This document shows, piece by piece, positions 50,601-62,579 of a stretch of DNA of 64,000 nucleotides. The notes beneath the pieces are model-generated. The model worked only from the letters and a program-made list of their open reading frames with translations. It had not been told where the DNA came from and did not search any database. Source of the stretch: Lama glama (taxonomy: Eukaryota). Where the stretch lies: positions 17,424,001-17,488,000 of the forward strand of contig CM052818.1 of the NCBI GenBank assembly GCA_028534125.1, in the 5' to 3' direction. Positions within the stretch are counted from its first letter, which is position 1, and the number at the start of each line of letters is the position of its first letter. The translations under genes were made by a program, and so were the position numbers.

Positions 50601-53600
50601 CTGTCACTTCTGGTACTTGCTATTTACAGTTTGTGCCCCTTCTGACTCCCTCATGTGGGTCACCTCACATGACCGTTATCTGGACCAGCCTATACTTTTT
50701 CCATCTTCAACTCCGTGTCCCTCCACGTGAAGCCCAGTTAGCCAGTGAGGACTTCTTCAGCACCCTCAGGGAGATGGGGAGAGCCAGAGGGGCCCTTTCT
50801 CCTTCGCTTCTTAGGTTCTCTCACCCCTCGGTGGTGCCGCCTCCTCCAGCAGGGCTCTTGCGTCCAGAAACGTCCAGGTGAGGAGCAGGCATCTGTCTGT
50901 CTTCGTGGGTATCCCTAAGCCACAGGGGTACGTGTACAACTCAGTGACGGGTCCTGCAGCGGGTTCTGCCTTCCCTCCCATGTCAGTAAATACAGAAGTC
51001 TGGCAGTAACACGGCAGTGTCCCCATCTGCAAAGCTGCGATGAGTGTCTCCTTTGGACCTCTCTCTCACTGAATTGGGCCCTTCGGTGGGGAACAGAAAA
51101 TAAGACCTCTGCATGCCCGGTAAGGAAGACTGTCTCCACGACTCTCAAGTCATCTTATATAGACTAGAAAGTATAATGAGGAGGGAGGGTTTAGAGGGTG
51201 GGGGCTGCTGTTGACCACAGCCCTGGCAGGGGATCTGACCCCATCTTACTGAGAACATCAAGTGTTTTCTTCTTGTCCCCATAGTTCAGCTCAAGTTGCT
51301 GAGGCAACGGCAACGAAAGTACCATTTGCTCATCTGATACTTCAGAGCTGGTTTCATAGTATGTGCTGAATAAATGCCCATTGAACATGGCTATCTAGGA
51401 CTATAGTGTTATTTTAAGTAACTCTTCATTGAAAAAAAGAACAACTTCTTGCTTTTCTTATGGTCTTTTCTGCCTTCTTATCACCACCAAATTCCATCCC
51501 AAGTTCTTTCATCCAATGGGAAAGAGAAAATATCCTGACCACAAAACGCATTCCTCCAAGGTCTGTCAGTCAGGCTAAGTCATTTTAACCTGGAGAATAG
51601 AACATGCCTTTGCCACGCCTGTAGTTTCCTTCTGTCATTGTGCCGGGGGGCTCTCATTTGTTTAAATTCTTAACTAGAATTTATTTGAATGTGTCTAATT
51701 TATTGTAAGTAATTATAATAAATTTCAATGTAATTAAGTGATATGACAATATTGGTCATAATGGAATTAATCTTAGCACAGTATAAATAAAAAATTATTT
51801 AACAATGTCTACGGTGCATTTCAAAACTGAGATACAATGTAAATCAGTATGCCTGAATATAGGGTGAGGAAAACTTTGCAAGCAGAGAGATGGATTTTCT
51901 GTCAAAAAAAAAAACTTGGCTCAGAATGATAGTTGCAATAGGACCAAGTATAAATGTGTCTCCACACTGTCCTCCAGCCTATGAACTTGGTTCAGCCCTG
52001 GAAATCCTATGTTGTCCTATATTTGTATAGTGTTACTAATGAACATTCCTAAATGAGTAACGTCAAGACTATACCAAAACGTGTGTATATGGTTGGCACA
52101 CATTAGTAGAGAGTAAATATTTATTGGAGTTTTTCTTTTTACATTTAGAATAATGACCAATTTCTATTTATATACAGTTTTGATCAGAGGGGAGAACTTT
52201 GAAGGAATGTTTACTCCCACCCCCAAAAAAGGGCAAGTATCAGTTATCAACTGCAACGGAACATAAAAGACACTTCTTTAACTAAGACTTAGAGCAGATT
52301 GTGACACAAGGGAGATGCAAGTTGGTGAACCAGGCTCAAAAATTAAAACATGTTTGCAAAAGCAAGCAGAGAGCCCGGATAACTTCAGATTATCAGGTTG
52401 ATCTTTTTCTCCCCTCAACTTAACTGCTAGTGATGAAAGCCTCTTGGTTTGAACGGGGGAACTCAGTTGTCACCCATGGATAATTTAATAGAAGGAAGGT
52501 CATTTGTTTCTAATCTTGACTAGACCTGACTGTTAATACTAGGTGATTATTGGGGAAGTTGTTTTCAACCATGTAGTTTTGAAGACCTGCTATGCTAAAA
52601 AAGCGTGTGGGAATTATGTAAACTCCCAAATGATTTGGGATATTAAATTCTGTATGATTAATTATATATATATGCTTGAAGTCATTTTTGTTGCTCAGTA
52701 TTTGAGAAAAAAATGTCTAATTTTAAACAAAAAGTTCGTATTTAAGATAAAAGTTTAAGATAAAAAAATTTCAGTCTTACAATTCTATCTTCAGAGCCTT
52801 TGAGGGAAGACGGAAGTTGCCTACAAATAGTAAATGCAGCTATAATTATGTAATTAGCAGGTTGGCATTTTTAAAGGAAGGCAAGGGATTGTGTGTCTAT
52901 TAAAATTTTTATTTAAAACAAGAGTACCATTAAAAAAAGAATTTATGTGGAAAATGAGAAATTTGTAATAATGCTGTGAAGTGTATTTTTCCAAGTGACG
53001 TCTGATTAAGGCTTGCAGACACCACAAGGTTAAGCAGAATGGTATTAATTACTACTTGAAAATGACTTTGTGAAATAGCAAAATGTCCATGTTCCATTAT
53101 GTGTGTATGAAATATACATATGAAATCATCTCTAGTGTTTCTCTTGGGGTTGAGATGGGTGCCCTTTTCATTATTTCATACTTTTATGGTCTTATCTTCA
53201 TCTTCTGCTTCCGTTCCGGCCACAAAGTTTATTTCACAGTGTAGCATTGCTATTGATTTTCTTTTCTATTTCTTTCTTAGAGTAATTCTGCAGAAGTTGC
53301 TGTGTAAACATCACAGGAAATAGAAGCAATCACTCTGTTTTAAGATGAAATTTTATTCTGACAATGTTTATAAGCATAGTTTTACATTCAGAAGATCGCG
53401 GACTTTATACAGGGTTTATGAAGACTTTCAACAGATTTATTTTCCTGGTTTGAGACAGCTTGCCAAAGAAAGCAATTTTACTTAATACAAGTGCCAGTAA
53501 TAATGCTTTCTCCTTAAGGCCTTATAAATGCTGCCTAGTTCTTAAGTAGTTCATTGCCCTGAGTGATAGATCAGTTTCATGAAACCAAAACAGAGAAATC

Positions 53601-53874
53601 AGTTTGAAAGGATCAAGAGCAGTTTGGGTACAATTCTGGTCAAGTTACTCAGTTGTTACCAAGTTGTATTAAAAGGTTGATCACTTTAATACTGGCTAAC
53701 AGTAATTTTCAAATCAAGTGTCCGAAGTAAGTTGATCTTTTATCCATTTTCAAGACAAATCTTTTCTTGCACTGACTTTCTCTGCCTTTCTCTTCCTTGT
53801 GAACCCTTGTGCATCGTGCCCTCAATCAGCAGAATGATTTGCATAAGAAAGTTCCCAAAATCATCCTTTGCTTT

Positions 53875-54010
53875 CTTCATTCATTCATTAGCTTTTACTG
53901 AGCAACTTCTATCTCCCTGACATTAAACAAAGGGGGAAAAAAGAAGCAAAATTCTTCCTTTGAAGAGTCCCCATCTACTGGGAAGATAAACAGACATTAT
54001 AGTGAATATT
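53875..54010 (-). mobile_element. L2 3' end
   Basis: ttcattcattcattagcttttactgagcaac...cctttgaagagtccccatctactgggaagataaacagacat. Confidence 0.65.
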
Positions 54011-54319
54011 TACTAACACATCCCTGACTGCCAAGGCAGATAAATCAAAAATTTACTGGATATTCCAGATGCTATAACTCTTCTGACTGTCGAAGCCGGT
54101 TTTACCAAGGAGGAGATGATCTGGGTCTAGAAGGAAAAGCCCCTCCATTCTGCCTTTGCTGTTAAGGGATCATCTTAAGAAACAAGAGCAAGAATGCACC
54201 TCACCTCAGGGGTATATGCAGTAATAGTCAGCCAGACAGTCTCAGCATTTTTAACCCATGATTTGTATCTATCCACTGAATCCAGTCCCTGGAAGTACTA
54301 GCCTGCTCCTAGGAGAAGC

Positions 54320-54520
54320 ATGCATTAGTTTGGAGCCAAATGATTTAAATTCTAGTCCAGGTTTTGCCACTAATTCTTTGTTGCCTCAATTTCCTTATAA
54401 GCGTGTAACCAGAACTTAGTTCATCATTCTTGCTCCACCCAATTTATAGAACCATTTTGAAGAGGAAGTAAGATAGTAAGTGCAAATATTTTTTGTAAAG
54501 TTAGATGCATTGTGCAGATG
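54320..54520 (+). mobile_element. MIR SINE (MIRb-like)
   Basis: tttggagccaaatgatttaaattctagtccaggttttgccactaatt...gcctcaatttccttat. Confidence 0.7.
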
Positions 54521-57199
54521 GGTGATGGGTGGTGGGTGGTGGTGACATTAGCTGTAAAGCACCACTGAAGTACTACAGACAGTCCTGGCAGTTAGGACAG
54601 ACTGTGACAGATTATGTTTCCAGAATAGGTGCATACATTGAAACAAGACATGTCAAATCTAATTGTTCCCCAGAAATGCTATTAATAGGGATTACATTTC
54701 CAACCAATAGTCTCCTGATCAAAGTTATAGACATCATAACACACGCCATCTGTAATCAAATATTAAGTCAATTTTTCATGCTATACTTGGCCACTATTCA
54801 ATGAAGAACTTTCTCCCCAAAATAGTGTGTAAATGAAAAGCCCAGGAAATAATCTCATACTTTAATATTTATAAATAGAGTGGACTCTGTAGAATTCTTA
54901 TCTTCTCAAAAATGGCTAACTTATTGCAGCAAATGAACACACCAAAAAGATCACAAATCTGAACTAGGGCTCTTTGGATAGTGTTTGACAGGCATTACTG
55001 AGAACACTTTGGGAAATCCTTGGGTCCACTTGAGTCTTTTTGAGCAATTCTTAAGGATAGATTTAGGGTGTATTTACCTGCTCACATAGTCTTAATGAAA
55101 GTTTTAATGTAACAACTTGCTGATTCCTCTTTCTGTAAGGAAAAGGCTTTTTTTCCCCTCTAGTTGTCATCTCATCAGTACTGGGAGCTGTATCTAACCT
55201 GTTGTAAGAAAAAGCACAAACCCTTGCTCACACTCAGCTTTGCGCCCTTTGCCCGCTCCTTACTGCTTCATGGTATGAAAGAGCCACAAAGGATTGGCTT
55301 GAATTGCAGCCAGACCCCCAGGTTATTTATTGCTGAGTTTGAGGCAGAATTTCACAATCAAATCACAAATCCTGCATGTTATCTTACCTATCAGATCATA
55401 GTGACTGTGAAAACAGTGCTTTGTAAACTTTTAGGATGTTTGGCTATAAAATAATGAGGACAGATTTTTCACAGACACATTAGATCTTAGACTTGGAAGA
55501 TTTTTTTTTTCTTCCACAGCATAATCATGGCATGCAAAATCATTTTGGTGCTATCCCCAGTATCAATAACCAGTCAAAAAGTAAAAAGTCCTCATTTTTT
55601 ATAACTACAGATCACCTTCTTTCTCCCAAGGTGATTCCCCTAGGTTTTTGCTGCTTTTGCATCTCTCCTTTCATAGCCTTTTCACATGGGCAGAGAGGAC
55701 CCCGGTGAAGGAAAGGGCTGCTTGAAGATGCATATTACTCAGCATGACATTTTATGTATTTCACTTGAAATTTCCATACTAGCATTTTAAGCTTTGATAA
55801 CATAAGTTAATTTTGAACCATTAGCTATGTATTTTTTTATTGTGCCCATTGATTGCTGAGAGACAATGAACAAAAGTTGATCTTTTGAAATAGGCCCCTA
55901 TTTTGAGAGGCGTTTCAGTTTTGTGGAAGGCAGAAAATACTCTGGAATTTTCCAGTGATGGAATAGCAAATTGTTGCAGTTTATAATCCTCCAGAAAGTC
56001 AAGATCTGAAGATTGTTATCTTGGTGAAATTCCATTCTGAGCAATATGCTTTGAAACTTCAAAATAATTCACCAAAGATCAAAAACAGAATGTTTGTTGG
56101 TTTTGAGGTTACTTTTGAGCATCTGTTGGTTATATCATTGTAAAATTCTGTAAACACATCAAGAGGCAACTGATCAGTTCCTTGTCTGTGATCTTATCAA
56201 GTCTGGTCCTCTTGCTATTTCAGCAGAAGCATAGAGCATATTGTTTTAACTTTTAAAAAACGGAAAAGAGACTTTCATTCCTGGAAGCAGCATTTTCTAT
56301 CTCTCTGATCAGCATTGGCAGCTGTTCATTTTCTGCTCGAGTGAACGTAGAGGAAGGCAGTTACCTTGCATGTGATGAATGGTAGGTGATCTTTGGCTGT
56401 CCCCATCTTAGACAGTTTTTGTCTTATCCTGGCAAGAAAATCTTCACCATTTCTATGGACTCCTAATAATATTTTATAGAATCTATTGTTTCTTTAAAAA
56501 TGCCCCCCAAAAACTCTATGCTTTAATAAACAGGGTAACCAGCACGTGATGGAGAAGAATTTGTTCACCTTTTCCCTCTTAAAGAAACCCATGTCTCCAG
56601 CAATTAGATTAGCCCTTATTACGAATGATACTCGGCCAGTGATGCCTTAAATACTATCATGGAACAAAATACAGCCATGCCAGAAGCAAATCAATGGCTT
56701 AACCCTCAGCTTCTTGGTTTCTGAAGAGGTCTTTGTTCCCTTCACAGGGAACTTTAGTTTTTAATTATGTTCATCAATTAGACACTTCAAAGTAAACCAC
56801 TTGCTTTGTAGGAAAAAGCAGGATCAGGACATTAACATTGGAATAATAATGTTGAGAACCCTTTCTTTTCTTTTCCAATTGTGCTAGACATCATCCTATT
56901 CCAACATAATTTAATTCCTTCCGGTGTTTTATGAAGTAAATGCACGCAAGAAAATGCACTGTCTGTGAATGTCAGCAAATAGTGATGAATAGCTTAACTA
57001 GGCAATGTGTTACACTTTACTGGATTAGAGCTGTGCGCTTTGTGCTCCATTCACATCCCGCTGGACTCTGAAGAATGATGCACAGATATGTAGGAAGACA
57101 AAGATGTCGGTGGTGCAGGTGCTGTTGAAGTTTTCACAAATGATGACTGAGGGATGGTGGAAAAGGAATAGATTCTTGCGACTCCTATTTTAACTGTTT

Positions 57200-57720
57200 C
57201 TCCCCCCACCAACACTTTTTGTGAATGCTTCCGAAGGTTCATTTCTCCAGCAGTTTCTTTCTTTTCCTGTCATGCCCCTCCCTGGTCATCTCACCCAATG
57301 CCAGCAAGGCTCTGTCTATGCACTCTCTGCAGATTACTCTGAAGTCCACATTTCCAGCTCCAACTCAACCATGAAAAGGTCCCCCCAACATCTCACATTT
57401 AGCATGTATGGAAGACCTTCCCACCAAACAATTCCTTCTCTCCACTTGTTGATGAGAGTGGTTTCCCCAGAAATTGAGGGTGACACTGTAAAAGATATCT
57501 TTGAGCTTACCCAGGTTGGATGACTTTCTGTGCATTGTCTCCTCCGATATCCCTTCCTTCCTCTACTTTCTTCCTGCCATCCTTTCTGCCACTGAATATG
57601 TGCTTCTGTCATCCTGCTTACACTCTCCCTGCTTCTCCCACCCATCCCCTATCCATCCTCTACACACCTTGAAACAAATATTCTTAAAAGCATAGCTTGA
57701 AGCATTTAAGAACTTTTTCT
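57200..57720 (+). mobile_element. L2 fragment including degraded RT catalytic motif
   Basis: ORF 57221 contains VYALSADYSEVHISS, a decayed L2 YHLYADDSQIYISS. catctcacatttagcatgta resembles L2 ctcaaactcaacatg. Confidence 0.75.
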
Positions 57721-58149
57721 GAGTACTTAATGATGTGAAAGTTCTATAATGTTGAATGGGTCACATTCTGCCCTTAACGAGCATATTGTCTTCAATATTA
57801 CATAGACTATATATAGCATAGCATATATGGCATATTATATATCATATAATATATAATATGTACCTACACATGTAATTCTACATGTAAATATTAGGAAAGC
57901 CCTATGTTTACATGTTATGTCTTTACTCATGCTGTTTTCTCTGCCTTAATGACTGGTTCAAAGCTTGGCCTCAAGACACAGATACAGTGCCATCTCCTCT
58001 TGGAGGAAAATCCATGTAGAAATGATCTCAACTTGATTTTATTTAGGGATGCATGCATGTCAGTCTCCACCGCTAAATGTCAGTGTTCACTGTCAGAACC
58101 TATATCGTATCCCTCCCCAAGTCCGTCCACATCACTTGACGGAAGACCT

Positions 58150-58335
58150 TGCGATGCACTGAGTGCAGGGCTTTAGTCCCTGCCCTGCTTTGAAGGCGAT
58201 GTGTCCTTGACTAGGCTGCTTAATACCTACGGAGTGAGACTGGTGTGAGACCTAACCGAGATAATACACACAAAGTACTTAGCGTCGCCCCAGGAGCGCC
58301 GTGGGCACCCAGCGAAAGTGTTCGTTGTTATTTGT
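58150..58335 (+). mobile_element. MIR SINE with unusual CpG enrichment
   Basis: gtgtccttgactaggctgcttaa...gtgagacctaaccgagataatacacacaaagtacttagc...gggcacccagcgaaagtgttcgttgttatt follows the MIR 3' layout. Confidence 0.65.
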
Positions 58336-58877
58336 TCTCTTAGTACATGTGTGGCACTTACGAGACAACCAAAAAGACATTTTCCTGCCCCAGTTCTATG
58401 GCTCGTGAACTGCCCACGCACGACACGTGGCCGGGCGTTCACACCCGTAGCAGCACTGTGTGCTCCCGGACCTCACTTCCAGCTGGCCCGCCAGGGACAT
58501 TTTAGACAAGAGGTAAGATTTGATATTTATCTTCTGTGTTCTTATACTTTCACTTCAAAGAAGGAACTAGAGAAGAATTACAAGTGTGGTTTAAAGCGTT
58601 CCATTTTATTGATTTGTTTTTATTTTTTGTTAAATTTTATTACTCAGTTTTTTTCCTCCTTATTGTTTTTTTTTTTAACAATAATTTTATCCTAAACTTA
58701 CGTTCATGGACTACAGTTATAAAACAAATCCATTTCCATGCACGTGTTGGAGCCTTGCAGTGACACACAGGCACAGAGGAGCAGGAGGCAGCGGTGTTCT
58801 TTTTGGCACAGGTGAAAAAAATAAGAGCCGTTAAGATCAGTGATTGCCTGAAGTCGTCCAGCTGTTAAACAGCAAAA

Positions 58878-59118
58878 CCTGTTGCTCTGCCTCTTGCCTT
58901 CCGAGATGGCCCACACTCTGTCTACAGAGCGTGTGTCTACTTTTACTTTAAACTAGACACCCTTACACGTCTTGGTCTCTCTCCTTCTTACCTTTTGAGA
59001 CGGCCTGCGTCCTGCCTGTGGAGTGTGTATCTCCTAAGACACTGTCCCTTCTGAGTCAGATGGTCCCCACTCTGTCTATGGAGTATCTGTCTAAATAAAC
59101 TTGCTTTCACTTAATAAA
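58878..59118 (+). mobile_element. MER41-like ERV1 LTR U3/R fragment flanked by a 12-bp TSD (probable L1-mediated retrocopy)
   Basis: ctctgtctatggagt...aataaacttgctttcactt matches the recalled MER41-type polyA region. TSD taaacagcaaaa at 58866-58877 and 59119-59130. Confidence 0.8.
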
Positions 59119-59339
59119 TAAACAGCAAAAACTGAGCTAAAACCCAGGCAATGTGGTGAGGAATCTTTTGCCATTCTTTATACACTACATTACCTGCCAC
59201 CTTGTTTCTTTAACAAGGACCTCTAGAAAGGAATAGCCCTTGAAGAGACTACCCAGAGAGAGGTCCCTTTATTTGGTGTTTCCAAGGTATTTCCACACCC
59301 AATTGGATAACATTACATGACCTTTCATGTTTCAATTTT

Positions 59340-59495
59340 AATTAAAAAAAATCACATCTATTACTTTTTTCTGATTCCAAAAGCAATGTGTTTATTGTAG
59401 GAATTTTATAGAACACAGATAAACACAAAGAACAAAATAAAAAATCACCTGTAGTCTCACTATCCAGAAAGAGATAAATGCTAGAAAAAAATGTT

Positions 59496-59532
<37 letters not shown>

Positions 59533-59965
59533 CTAGATTTATTTGCATATGTATGAATTCAAAAATGTTTTCTTTGAAACAATAGAAATATGCTATAAAT
59601 GCTATCTCATGACTTAATTTTTCACTCTGTCTTCTGTGGAAACTTTGTCGTCATTTTTATTCATTGCATATACTTCCAGTATGTGAATATACCATACTTA
59701 TTTAACCTGTCTCCTATCTGTAAACAAAGGGGTTTCAGTTTTTCAGTTGTAAGGAAAAAAGATGGCTAATATCTTTTTAGGTAAAATAATCTACATATGC
59801 TTTTTTTTTAAATTAAGATCAATTCCAGGAGGTAAAAATTAAAAAAAAAAAAAAACCAGGAACAAAGAGAATGTCAGAACTTAAATTTTTCGACATGAAT
59901 CATTTATTGTACTACAGAAGGGTTCTTTCAATTTGTACTCCTAGAAGCAGTATATGAGAGTAACA
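59340..59965 (-). mobile_element. Old L1M (L1ME-like) fragment, interrupted by (AT)n and by the SINE
   Basis: aaagcaatgtgtttattgtaggaatttt...aaaaatcacctgtagtctcactatccagaaagagat...aatataccatacttatttaacc...caatttgtactcctagaagcagtatatgagagt. Confidence 0.7.
59499..59526. repeat. (AT)14 microsatellite
   Basis: 28 bp of uninterrupted AT repeat. Confidence 0.95.
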
Positions 59966-59967
59966 CT

Positions 59968-60118
59968 TTGTTGGGTTTTTTTTTTTTTAAGTTTTTTGGG
60001 GGGGTAATTAAATTTTTTATTTAATTATTATTATTTTTTAATGGAGGTGCTTGGGATTGAACCCAGGACCTTGTGCATGCTAAGCACACGCTCTACCACT
60101 GAGATATACCCTCCGCTC
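59968..60118 (-). mobile_element. tRNA-derived SINE (camelid Vic-1-like), full length with TSD
   Basis: Minus strand: gagggtatatctcagtggtagagcgtgtgcttagcatgcacaaggtcctgggttcaatcccaagcacctccatt...taattaccccccc plus A tail. TSD tgagagtaa(ca/tg)ct at 59955-59967 and 60119-60131. Confidence 0.95.
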
Positions 60119-60184
60119 TGAGAGTAATGCTGTAAATGTCAACATGTATTAATTTGTCAACACTTTAATTAAAATACTAAAGGC

Positions 60185-60242
60185 CTTCCTTTCTCCCTTC
60201 TTTCCTTCTTTCTTCCTCCCCTTCCTTCCTTCCTTCCTTCCT
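60185..60242. repeat. (CCTT)n pyrimidine-rich simple repeat
   Basis: cttcctttctcccttctttccttctttcttcctccccttccttccttccttccttcc. Confidence 0.9.
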
Positions 60243-60529
60243 GTCTTTTCGTCCTAGCTCCTACATAGCAGGTTCTTTAATTTGGGGTGAGGGAGCACCC
60301 CAAAAGAGCACACGTCCCAGTGACTGACCACTCTGCTCTATAGCCCTGGGATGCTGGCAGCATTTTCCCTTAAAACTTCATGTACCACCAAAAACAGTCA
60401 TGGAATTACATTTTCAATTGGATTGTATTTAGTGTCCTGTTCCCATAATAAAGCTCTGTCCCTTTCATTGAATTTTTGTGGGGGAGAGAGTCTGAAATGT
60501 TACTTTTTACTCTGCATTTTAGTGTGCAC

Positions 60530-61190
60530 TGTTAATGAATATGAGTTAGATTTTTGCTGTATTTGTCAGAAAGACAGCCTAAACCATTCAAAGAGGAAGA
60601 TTTAGTAGCTCCCAGAACAGAAAGAAGCCTTGAATAAACAAGCTGGGGAAAGAAAAGTGTTAAGGTCCAGCCCTCGGGACTCAGACACTGCCAGGAATCA
60701 GCCTGGTTCTCCTCTCTGCCTCTCTTAGGTTGTCCATTTCTTCCTACCTCACTGCAGACTGTTTTCCCTCGTGACAGAAAACTTGGTTTTTGCTCACTCC
60801 CTAGTTTTGTTGCCTTAATCTTTAGCCCCTTATGGGGAATTTACCAGAATTTTGGGGGAGATACATGAAATCCACATATCCTTGGGTGGGATGTGGGAAC
60901 AGATATTTAGCTCTGGATTCAAAAAGCTAGGTGGAGTACCTAGTCCTGGACCAGTCAAATGTGTTTAGAGAGGTGCAGTGCTGTGGTTGGCCCAATTGGG
61001 GCCTATTTTGGATCTGTCAACTCTGGCCAGAGAGGCATGATCACAGAAGAAGTGGCGGTCCCTAAGGGTTCCATGTAGGTGAAGTACGGTGCGGGGGAAT
61101 AGGTCCCACTGAAGTGAGGGGTAGTTTTAGTAATCCCTGAAGATAAAGGTGCTGCTGAGTAGAAATAAGCAAAAATACATCTCTCATACG
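60530..61190 (-). mobile_element. Old MaLR LTR (MLT1J-O-like), degraded
   Basis: ctctctgcctctctt...tgcagactgttttccctc...cctggaccagtcaaatgtg...aaggtgctgctgagtaga...catctctcata follows an old MLT1 layout. Confidence 0.45.
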
Positions 61191-62579
61191 TAATGCCTGA
61201 ATGATTTTCTTTTTTCCTGTGACACCTGCTATCTCTCTGCACTTTAGAAATTGTAAAGTTGTACAAAAAAAAACCATGTAAATCCATGTAGGTACATTTA
61301 GGAGTAATATATTTTTGCTCCTTCAGGAAAACATTGAAAGAAGCAGAATATGGAATTATTAATAGTTAAGGGTTTTGCACAAACTAGTGAGCTTTATTTC
61401 ATATAGAAAATGAATAGAAATAAATATCCAAGATAGAAATGTTTGCACTTTTTAGTTATGTCCCTCACTAGTTCTGATGATGTTGAAATGTAGACAAACC
61501 AGCTAGAATGTGGGCTATTTTCTTCCAAGAATGTGGGCTGTATTTGTCTTTATAAAGTTCAGTGTCCCTCGCAAGTGCTGTTTAAACCTCCTTCATAGGA
61601 ATTAATTAATACAGCTTATGCTTGAAGACTGCGTCAGACCCACCCATTGCTATGCCTGTCTCTTTGATAAATGAAGCGGTAAAAGATGATTAACTCTAGG
61701 TCAGCTCACTGAATTGTAGTTTGGGCAAAGCTCAGATCTTCTCAAAGTGATCAAGTGCACGATTTCTGTAAAGGTAATTCAGTCTACTTAGAGGAGAATT
61801 ATCAGTGTTCTCTAGGAGTAGTAAATTCATCAACAGAAGAAAAAAAATTGCTAAGAGGTATAAAGAGCCCCAGTTTCACACCCAGGAAATGGTTTGAGTT
61901 GGAAATTCTACTTTGATTTGGCATCAGTCTTTCTACTGATGAGCATATGGCATAGTGATGGTAGCAATTTGCATGGTTTGGCTAATAGACTGAGAGTTCT
62001 TGCAAGTGACAATAAAAAACAACTGTACCCAGGGGCCTAAATCTCTTCTTAACAATTTGTTCAAGCAAACTGCTCACCAAAGATATATGCTCAGAATCCA
62101 ACTAATGTTCAACATTTTGAATGTTTACTGTGTGCTGTTTTGTTTTTTTTTTCACTGCGTGCTTTGCACTGAGCTAAAAGCTATATATATATAAAGATAA
62201 GAAAGATGAAGTGTCTATTCCCAAATAGCTTGTAGTTTAGTGAAAGAGCTAGCTGGGTAAAGAGAAAGTTAGAGTCTTAATATAGTAACTTTTATTGAAG
62301 AGATGTAAACAGTGTGCTTGCTATGGGAGTACAGGAGTACTAGAATGAATTCTGCCCAGGTACCAGGTTTAGCCTCCCTCATGTGGTCCATTGACACTGC
62401 ACCATGAGGAGCAGAAAAAAATTCTGTGTGTGGAAGGGCACACATTAAATTAAGGCTGTAACATATGCAAGGGTAAGAGTCCCTGAATGGCTTTCTATCT
62501 AAAACCATTCAGGAAGTATAATTTAACTATGACCAGAAGCATGTCTGTACAAGCCAGTGCTCTCTCTTCACTGTCCCGT

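Noticed and set aside
50757..50780. REST/NRSF RE1-like ttcagcacc
   Set aside because: Only the left half-site is present; the GGACAG half is absent at canonical spacing.
55164..55203. 40-nt candidate exon after a strong acceptor (VISSVLGAVSNL)
   Set aside because: Not frame-preserving, the exonic side of the donor is weak, and no partner exons were identified.
60261..60343. Possible 67-bp mini hAT element with ctacatag/ctctatag flanks
   Set aside because: The TSD matches only 6/8 and the terminal inverted repeats are poor.
61003..61287. Minus-strand ORF with an acceptor-like site
   Set aside because: It largely overlaps a degraded MLT1-type LTR and has no coding support.
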